Of a DNA stretch of 7,221 nucleotides, positions 1 to 7,221 are shown piece after piece (the first letter of the stretch is position 1; the number at the start of each line of letters is the position of its first letter). The notes under the pieces were generated by a model, which was given only the letters and a program-made list of their open reading frames with translations, had not been told where the DNA came from and made no database searches. The DNA is taken from the IMG/VR virus record IMGVR_UViG_2531839523_000007; one strand, written 5' to 3'. The position numbers and the translations under genes are program-made. This stretch comes from a virus (taxonomy: Duplodnaviria; Heunggongvirae; Uroviricota; Caudoviricetes).

Positions 1-2263
<2,263 letters not shown>

Positions 2264-2281
2264 ATTTTATAACCCAGAACG

Positions 2282-2308
2282 GGCGTCAGAAATGACGCCT
2301 TTTTTATT
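2282..2308 (+). terminator. Rho-independent terminator downstream of J
   Basis: Perfect 7-bp stem GGCGTCA (2282-2288) / TGACGCC (2293-2299) with a GAAA tetraloop, followed directly by TTTTTT (2300-2305) then ATT. Confidence 0.7.
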
Positions 2309-2329
2309 GCAGAAAAGCGAGAGGTAATT

Positions 2330-2929
2330 ATGCGTAAACTTTATGCCGCCATTTTGTCCGCAGCCATTTGTCTGGCCGTATCCGGTGCGCCTGCATGGGC
2401 GTCTGAACATCAGTCCACGCTGAGCGCTGGGTATCTTCATGCCCGGACGAACGTTCCCGGCAGTGATGATCTGAACGGGATTAACGTGAAATACCGTTAT
2501 GAGTTTACGGACACACTGGGGCTGGTTACGTCATTCAGCTATGCAGGAGACAAGAATCGCCAGCTGACCCATTACAGCGATACCCGCTGGCATGAAGATT
2601 CCGTGCGTAACCGCTGGTTCAGCGTGATGGCGGGGCCGTCTGTACGCGTGAATGAATGGTTCAGCGCGTATGCGATGGCAGGCGTGGCTTACAGCCGTGT
2701 GTCGACTTTCTCCGGGGATTATCTCCGCGTAACTGACAACAAGGGGAAAACGCACGATGTGCTGACAGGAAGTGATGACGGTTGCCACAGCAACACGTCT
2801 CTGGCGTGGGGGGCTGGCGTGCAGTTTAACCCGACCGAATCCGTGGCCATTGATATTGCTTATGAAGGCTCCGGCAGTGGCGACTGGCGCACTGACGGTT
2901 TCATCGTGGGTGTCGGTTATAAGTTCTGA
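2330..2929 (+). CDS. lom: Lom/Ail-family outer membrane beta-barrel protein (phage moron), 199 aa
   Basis: ATG at 2330 preceded by a GAGG Shine-Dalgarno (2321-2324). N-terminal Sec signal peptide with an AxA site (..GAPAWA/SEHQ). C-terminal half is close to lambda Lom as I recall it, including the ending ..IAYEGSGSGDWRTDGFIVGVGYKF with a terminal aromatic beta-signal. Position between J and stf matches lambda. Confidence 0.93.
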   Translation: MRKLYAAILSAAICLAVSGAPAWASEHQSTLSAGYLHARTNVPGSDDLNGINVKYRYEFTDTLGLVTSFSYAGDKNRQLTHYSDTRWHEDSVRNRWFSVMAGPSVRVNEWFSAYAMAGVAYSRVSTFSGDYLRVTDNKGKTHDVLTGSDDGCHSNTSLAWGAGVQFNPTESVAIDIAYEGSGSGDWRTDGFIVGVGYKF

Positions 2930-2956
2930 TTAGCCAGGTAACACAGTGTTATGACA

Positions 2957-2982
2957 GCCCGCCGGTTCAGGCGGGCTTTTTT
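2957..2982 (+). terminator. Rho-independent terminator downstream of lom
   Basis: Stem GCCCGCC (2957-2963) / GGCGGGC (2970-2976) with loop GGTTCA, followed by TTTTTT (2977-2982). Starts 28 nt after the lom stop. Confidence 0.75.
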
Positions 2983-2993
2983 GTGGGGTGAAT

Positions 2994-5900
2994 ATGGCAG
3001 TAAAGATTTCAGGTGTACTGAAAGACGGCACAGGAAAACCGGTACAGAACTGCACAATCCAGCTGAAAGCAAAACGTAACAGCACCACGGTGGTGGTGAA
3101 CACGCTGGCCTCAGAAAATTCGGATGAAGCCGGGCGTTACAGCATGGACGTTGAGTACGGTCAGTACAGCGTTATTCTGTTGGTGGAAGGATTCCCGCCG
3201 TCACATGCCGGGACCATCACCGTGTATGAAGATTCCCGACCCGGTACGCTGAATGATTTTCTCGGTGCCATGACGGAGGATGATGCCCGTCCGGAGGCTC
3301 TGCGCCGTTTTGAACTGATGGTGGAAGAGGTGGCGCGTAACGCGTCCGCGGTGGCACAGAACACGGCAGCCGCGAAGAAGTCAGCCAGTGATGCCGGCAC
3401 ATCTGCCCGTGAGGCGGCAACCCATGCGACTGATGCTGCAGGCTCAGCGCGTGCAGCCAGCACGTCAGCCGGACAGGCCGCGACTTCGGCTCAGGAGGCG
3501 TCTTCCAGCGCAGGAACGGCATCAACAAAGGCCACTGAAGCATCAAAAAGTGCTGCCGCTGCAGAGTCCTCAAAAAGCGCGGCGGCCACCAGTGCCGGTG
3601 CGGCGAAAACGTCAGAAACGAATGCTGCAGCGTCACAAAAATCAGCAGCCACTTCTGCATCCACTGCGACGACGAAAGCGTCAGAAGCCGCCACTTCAGC
3701 CAGAGATGCGGCGGCCTCCAAAGAGGCGGCAAAATCATCAGAAACGAACGCCTCCACAAGCGCCAGCAGTGCAGCCTCCTCGGCAACGGCGGCAGGAAAT
3801 TCCGTGAAGGCGGCAAAAACGTCCGAGACGAATGCCAGGTCTTCTGAAACGGCAGCGGAACAGAGCGCCTCAGCTGCGGCAGACTCTGAGACAGCAGCTG
3901 CATCATCGGCCCGTGAGGCGTCCATTAAGGCAGAGGAGGCAGCAGTCAGTGCCACCGCCGCCGGAAAATCGGCAGAAAGCGCCGCATCATCCGCTTCAAC
4001 AGCCACAACGAAGGCTGGCGAAGCCACTGAACAGGCCACTGCAGCAGCGAGGGCTGCTTCCGCAGCGAAGACATCCGAAACGAACGCGAAAGCGTCGGAA
4101 ACCAGCGCAGAATCCTCAAAAACGGCTGCCGCATCGTCCGCCAGTTCGGCGGCGTCATCGGCATCATCTGCGTCTGCTTCAAAAGATGAGGCGACCAGAC
4201 AGGCGTCAGCAGCGAAGGGCAGCGCCACGACGGCATCCACGAAGGCGACAGAGGCAGCTGGTAGTGCGACAGCGGCAGCACAGAGCAAAAGTACGGCAGA
4301 ATCCGCAGCAACGCGCGCTGAGACAGCGGCAAAACGTGCAGAGGATATTGCATCCGCCGTGGCGCTTGAGGATGCGAGCACGACGAAAAAGGGGGTAGTA
4401 CAGCTCAGCAGTGCGACCAACAGCACGTCTGAAACGCTGGCGGCAACGCCAAAGGCAGTAAAAGCAGCCTATGACAATGCAGAGAAACGTCTGCAGAAAG
4501 ACCAGAACGGTGCTGATATTCCCGACAAGGACCGCTTCCTGAGTAACATTAATGTTTACAGCAAAGGTGAAGTGGATCAGAAAAAGGGGATGCGATACGT
4601 TGTGGTAAATGCCCCGGCGGGTGTCCAGGAAGGTAAATATTATCCGTTAGTGATAAAAAGGAATGACAGCCATCGGGCATCCCGCGTTGTCATTTCAACG
4701 CCAAGTCGCTCAGCTAATCACAGAATGAATAATTGTGAGTTTAATGGTTTTGTTTGCGCAGGCGGCTGGACGGACCGGGGTAGCTATGCCTGTGGTATGT
4801 TCTGGGCTTATTCATCATCGGAACGCGCTATTCATTCCATTCTGATGAGTAATAAAGGCGATACCGTAGACAGCGTATTCTATATAGAAGGTGGGGCATT
4901 TCCCGTAGAGGTCTTTTTAGAAGAAGGTCTCTCCGTTACTGCACCTGCTTCTGATTATATTGTTGCTGAAACGACTTATAAATTTGGCGCAACTGATCCT
5001 TATTCTGAATCAGTTGCGGTAAATTTAATTTTAGATTTTAAACAAGGTAATGGATTTTATAGTTCGTATCCTGTTTTGAGTAAGTCAGACATTAGCGGGA
5101 ATAAGATTTACGCTAATGATGAAGTTATTGTCCGTAGTCAGAACGCGTTAAGGATGATTGCAGGTGATTACGGTGTCATATGGCGAAATGATGGAGCAAA
5201 TACTTACTTGCTCATGACTGATAAAGGCGACCAGTACGGTGGCTGGAACGGTCTTCGACCATTTGCAGTAAATAACGCAACAGGTGAAGTGACGATCAAT
5301 ACACCACTTAATTCTCCTAAGGGGATTAAGGGAAATTCTGATACAGCTACGAAACTTCAGACAGCAATAAAAATATCTGGTGTTTCGTTTGATGGTTCTA
5401 CTGATATCACTTTAACCGCTGCGCATGTTGCTGCTTTTGCCAGAAGAGCAACGGATACGTATGCCGATGCGGATGGGGGCGTTCCCTGGAATGCCGAATC
5501 AGGCGCTTACAATGTCACTCGCTCTGGCGACAGCTATATTCTGGTTAACTTCTATACCGGAGTCGGAAGTTGCCGGACCTTGCAGATGAAGGCGCATTAC
5601 AGAAATGGTGGTCTGTTCTACCGTTCTTCAAGAGACGGTTATGGTTTTGAGGATGACTGGGCAGAAGTTTATACCTCGAAAAATCTTCCACCAGAAAGCT
5701 ACCCAGTCGGCGCACCAATCCCGTGGCCATCAGATACCGTTCCGTCTGGTTATGCCCTGATGCAGGGGCAGACTTTTGACAAATCTGCTTACCCGAAACT
5801 TGCAGCTGCTTATCCGTCAGGCGTGATCCCTGATATGCGTGGCTGGATGATTAAGGGCAAGCCCGCCAGTGATCGAGCCGTATTGTCTCAGGAACAGGAC

Positions 5901-6410
5901 GGCATTAAATCACACACCCACAGCGCCAGCGTATCCAGTACGGATTTGGGGACGAAAACCACATCGTCGTTTGATTACGGCACTAAATCCACGAATAACA
6001 CTGGTGCGCATACCCATAGTGTTAGCGGTACGGCTGCTTCAGCCGGTGCACATACCCATTCGATGACATTTGTTTCAGGTGGTTCCAGTGGTGCTCCGGG
6101 AAGTGGATCACCTGATTATTCTAAATACAGTGTTAACACTTCTTCTGCAGGCGCTCATACGCACTCTGTATCGGGTACTGCTGCAAGCGCAGGTGCACAC
6201 GCGCATACTGTCGGTATTGGTGCTCATACGCACTCTGTATCGGGTACTGCTGCAAGCGCAGGTGCACACGCGCATACTGTCGGTATTGGTGCTCATACGC
6301 ACTCCGTTGCGATTGGTTCACATGGACACACCATCACCGTTAACGCTGCTGGTAACGCGGAAAACACCGTCAAAAACATCGCATTTAACTATATTGTGAG
6401 GCTTGCATAA
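2994..6410 (+). CDS. stf: Side tail fibre protein, 1138 aa; mosaic of a conserved N-terminal anchor, an Ala/Ser/Thr-rich shaft, an AT-rich central module, a tail-collar-like domain and a His-box (HxH) tip
   Basis: ATG at 2994 gives [26 protein letters not shown]..., the canonical lambda Stf N-terminus as I recall it; the GTG at 2988 used by the ORF track is probably not the start. A GGGG/GGTG SD-like sequence lies at 2985-2990. Internal [24 protein letters not shown] phage tail-fibre repeat motif (about 4390-4460). Collar-like signature [47 protein letters not shown] (about 5680-5860). About ten HxH motifs of the GAHTHS type (about 5905-6335). Stop TAA at 6408-6410. Confidence 0.93.
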   Translation: MAVKISGVLKDGTGKPVQNCTIQLKAKRNSTTVVVNTLASENSDEAGRYSMDVEYGQYSVILLVEGFPPSHAGTITVYEDSRPGTLNDFLGAMTEDDARPEALRRFELMVEEVARNASAVAQNTAAAKKSASDAGTSAREAATHATDAAGSARAASTSAGQAATSAQEASSSAGTASTKATEASKSAAAAESSKSAAATSAGAAKTSETNAAASQKSAATSASTATTKASEAATSARDAAASKEAAKSSETNASTSASSAASSATAAGNSVKAAKTSETNARSSETAAEQSASAAADSETAAASSAREASIKAEEAAVSATAAGKSAESAASSASTATTKAGEATEQATAAARAASAAKTSETNAKASETSAESSKTAAASSASSAASSASSASASKDEATRQASAAKGSATTASTKATEAAGSATAAAQSKSTAESAATRAETAAKRAEDIASAVALEDASTTKKGVVQLSSATNSTSETLAATPKAVKAAYDNAEKRLQKDQNGADIPDKDRFLSNINVYSKGEVDQKKGMRYVVVNAPAGVQEGKYYPLVIKRNDSHRASRVVISTPSRSANHRMNNCEFNGFVCAGGWTDRGSYACGMFWAYSSSERAIHSILMSNKGDTVDSVFYIEGGAFPVEVFLEEGLSVTAPASDYIVAETTYKFGATDPYSESVAVNLILDFKQGNGFYSSYPVLSKSDISGNKIYANDEVIVRSQNALRMIAGDYGVIWRNDGANTYLLMTDKGDQYGGWNGLRPFAVNNATGEVTINTPLNSPKGIKGNSDTATKLQTAIKISGVSFDGSTDITLTAAHVAAFARRATDTYADADGGVPWNAESGAYNVTRSGDSYILVNFYTGVGSCRTLQMKAHYRNGGLFYRSSRDGYGFEDDWAEVYTSKNLPPESYPVGAPIPWPSDTVPSGYALMQGQTFDKSAYPKLAAAYPSGVIPDMRGWMIKGKPASDRAVLSQEQDGIKSHTHSASVSSTDLGTKTTSSFDYGTKSTNNTGAHTHSVSGTAASAGAHTHSMTFVSGGSSGAPGSGSPDYSKYSVNTSSAGAHTHSVSGTAASAGAHAHTVGIGAHTHSVSGTAASAGAHAHTVGIGAHTHSVAIGSHGHTITVNAAGNAENTVKNIAFNYIVRLA
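3340..4380 (+). repeat. Low-complexity Ala/Ser/Thr-rich coding repeat region within stf (predicted fibre shaft) with recurring AKTSETNA units
   Basis: Imperfect dispersed repeats of the type aaaacgtcagaaacgaatgc at about 3603-3625, 3731-3752, 3811-3837 and 4062-4088. The protein is A/S/T/E/K-dominated. Lack of stop codons in several frames generates the spurious overlapping ORFs in the track. Confidence 0.8.
6153..6304 (+). repeat. Perfect in-frame 69-bp tandem duplication (two full copies plus a 14-bp start of a third) in the His-box tip region of stf
   Basis: 6153-6221 and 6222-6290 are identical (gctcatacgcactctgtatcgggtactgctgcaagcgcaggtgcacacgcgcatactgtcggtattggt), encoding [23 protein letters not shown] twice. 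6291-6304 repeats the first 14 nt and then diverges. An older copy at about 6003-6066 encodes nearly the same peptide with different codons. Confidence 0.9.
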
Positions 6411-6994
6411 TGGCATTCAGAATGAGTGAACAACCACGGGCCATAAAAATTTATAATCTGCTGGCCGGAACTAATGAATTTATTGGTGAAGGTGATGCAT
6501 ATATTCCGCCTCATACAGGTCTGCCAGCAAACAGTACCGATATTGCACCGCCAGATATTCCGGCTGGCTTCGTGGCTGTTTTCAACAGTGATGAGTCATC
6601 GTGGCATCTCGTTGAAGATCATCGGGGTAAAACGGTTTATGACGTGGCTTCCGGCGACGCGTTATTTATTTCTGAACTCGGTCCGTTACCGGAAAATGTT
6701 ACCTGGTTATCGCCGGAAGGGGAGTTTCAGAAGTGGAACGGCACAGCCTGGGTGAAGGATACGGAAGCAGAAAAACTGTTCCGGATCCGGGAGGCGGAAG
6801 AAACAAAAAACAACCTGATGCAGGTAGCCAGTGAGCATATTGCGCCGCTTCAGGATGCTGCAGATCTGGAAATTGCAACGGAGGAAGAAATCTCGTTGCT
6901 GGAAGCATGGAAAAAGTATCGGGTATTGCTGAACCGTGTTGATACATCAACTGCACCTGATATTGAGTGGCCTACGAACCCTGTCAGGGAGTAA
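6410..6994 (+). CDS. tfa: Tail fibre assembly protein (chaperone), 194 aa
   Basis: ATG at 6410-6412 overlaps the stf stop (TAATG). The translation [61 protein letters not shown]... matches lambda Tfa (194 aa) as I recall it. GAGG lies 9 nt upstream. Stop TAA at 6992-6994. Confidence 0.93.
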   Translation: MAFRMSEQPRAIKIYNLLAGTNEFIGEGDAYIPPHTGLPANSTDIAPPDIPAGFVAVFNSDESSWHLVEDHRGKTVYDVASGDALFISELGPLPENVTWLSPEGEFQKWNGTAWVKDTEAEKLFRIREAEETKNNLMQVASEHIAPLQDAADLEIATEEEISLLEAWKKYRVLLNRVDTSTAPDIEWPTNPVRE

Positions 6995-7008
6995 TCATTG
7001 GGATTATG

Positions 7009-7041
7009 CCGCAGCACGTCTTAAGCAAGAACGTGCTGCGG
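7009..7041. terminator. Hairpin between convergent genes; candidate bidirectional terminator or protein-binding palindrome
   Basis: Perfect 11-bp inverted repeat CCGCAGCACGT (7009-7019) / ACGTGCTGCGG (7031-7041) around an 11-nt loop containing the palindrome CTTAAG. The T-run TTTTTT (7052-7057) is 10 nt downstream, so it is not a canonical intrinsic terminator on either strand. Confidence 0.4.
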
Positions 7042-7048
7042 TTGGATG

Positions 7049-7221
7049 CTATTTTTTCCCTGAAGCGGAAAACATTACTACAGTACCTTGAACCTTGGTT
7101 TTAACATTCTCGAAATGCTCTGAGAGTATATGTGTTAAGCCTTCTTCGGAATCTTTTGTGTTTGAAAAGATGCCTTTCTGATTGTAAATGCGCATCAGTT
7201 TTTGACCGAAGCTATTGTGCA
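7049..7221 (-). CDS. Hypothetical protein, C-terminal 57 codons only; 5' end lies beyond the right edge; convergent with tfa; AT-rich
   Basis: Minus-strand frame is open from the window edge to a TAG stop (plus-strand cta at 7049-7051), translating ...HNSFGQKLMRIYNQKGIFSNTKDSEEGLTHILSEHFENVKTKVQGTVVMFSASGKK*. An uninterrupted 57-codon frame in roughly 38% GC DNA is unlikely by chance. Absent from the ORF track because the start is off-window. I do not recognise the family. Confidence 0.45.
   Translation of the reverse strand, partial: HNSFGQKLMRIYNQKGIFSNTKDSEEGLTHILSEHFENVKTKVQGTVVMFSASGKK

Noticed and set aside
2264-2329. A dedicated sigma-70 promoter for lom between the J stop and the lom start (TATAAC at 2268-2273 looks like a -10 element).
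   Set aside because: There is no convincing -35 partner, and any transcript started there would immediately meet the terminator hairpin at 2282-2308. Only about 20 nt separate the terminator from the lom RBS. A lom promoter may exist but I cannot support one from sequence.
2531-2788. 85-aa antisense ORF inside lom.
   Set aside because: Entirely within lom on the opposite strand, with no independent support.
2988-2993. GTG at 2988 as the stf start, as used by the ORF track (MNMAVK...).
   Set aside because: The ATG at 2994 yields the canonical MAVKISG... Stf N-terminus and has better spacing from the GGGG/GGTG SD-like sequence. The GTG would place the start only 6 nt after the terminator T-run with no RBS.
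3161-4426. Six overlapping ORFs in alternative frames on both strands (3161-3463 -, 3217-3906 -, 3388-3807 +, 3491-4426 -, 3832-4398 +, 3946-4353 -).
   Set aside because: All lie within the stop-poor, GC-rich, repetitive Ala/Ser/Thr region of stf. Their translations are low-complexity Arg/Pro/Gln/Leu or Ala/Asp strings typical of frame-shadow artefacts, and the stf frame is the only one with recognisable conserved flanking domains.
6153-6304. Tandem direct repeats as a possible CRISPR array or minisatellite.
   Set aside because: Only two to three contiguous units with no intervening unique spacers, and the repeats are in-frame coding sequence for HxH fibre motifs. This is an intragenic coding duplication.
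5545-6399. Small ORFs in the distal part of stf (5545-5730 -, 5869-6066 +, 6070-6399 +, 6108-6302 -, 6133-6321 -).
   Set aside because: Embedded in stf. Three of them owe their length and internal repeated peptides to the 69-bp tandem duplication read out of frame, so they are artefacts.
6474-6956. ORFs overlapping tfa (6474-6755 +, 6699-6956 -).
   Set aside because: Out-of-frame or antisense shadows within the well-supported tfa gene.
6410-7221. An invertible tail-fibre host-range switch (Mu G-segment or e14 P-segment type), with the convergent ORF as an alternative tfa'.
   Set aside because: The convergent gene after tfa is positionally reminiscent, but the visible minus-strand peptide has no Tfa-like or fibre-like character. 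I could find no inverted-repeat crossover site pair within the window, and no invertase gene is visible. It cannot be excluded without downstream sequence, but it is unsupported here.

Overview
This window is the distal tail-tip and tail-fibre module of a lambda-like (lambdoid) phage or prophage, almost certainly from an enterobacterial host such as Escherichia coli. In order on the + strand it carries: the 3' two-thirds of the tip attachment / host-specificity gene J (runs off the left edge), a lom-type outer-membrane-protein moron bracketed by two intrinsic terminators, an unusually long (1138 aa) side tail fibre gene stf, and the tail fibre assembly gene tfa, which overlaps the stf stop codon. 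A short AT-rich, convergently oriented partial ORF sits at the right edge. All identifications rest on reading the supplied translations against remembered lambda-family proteins; no database search was possible. I see no convincing evidence of a novel defence or other undescribed system here. The parts least explained by textbook lambda biology are an AT-rich central module inside stf, a perfect 69-bp tandem duplication in the His-box tip of stf, and the AT-rich convergent ORF downstream of tfa. All the additional ORFs in the six-frame track that lie inside J, lom, stf and tfa are judged to be frame-shadow artefacts.
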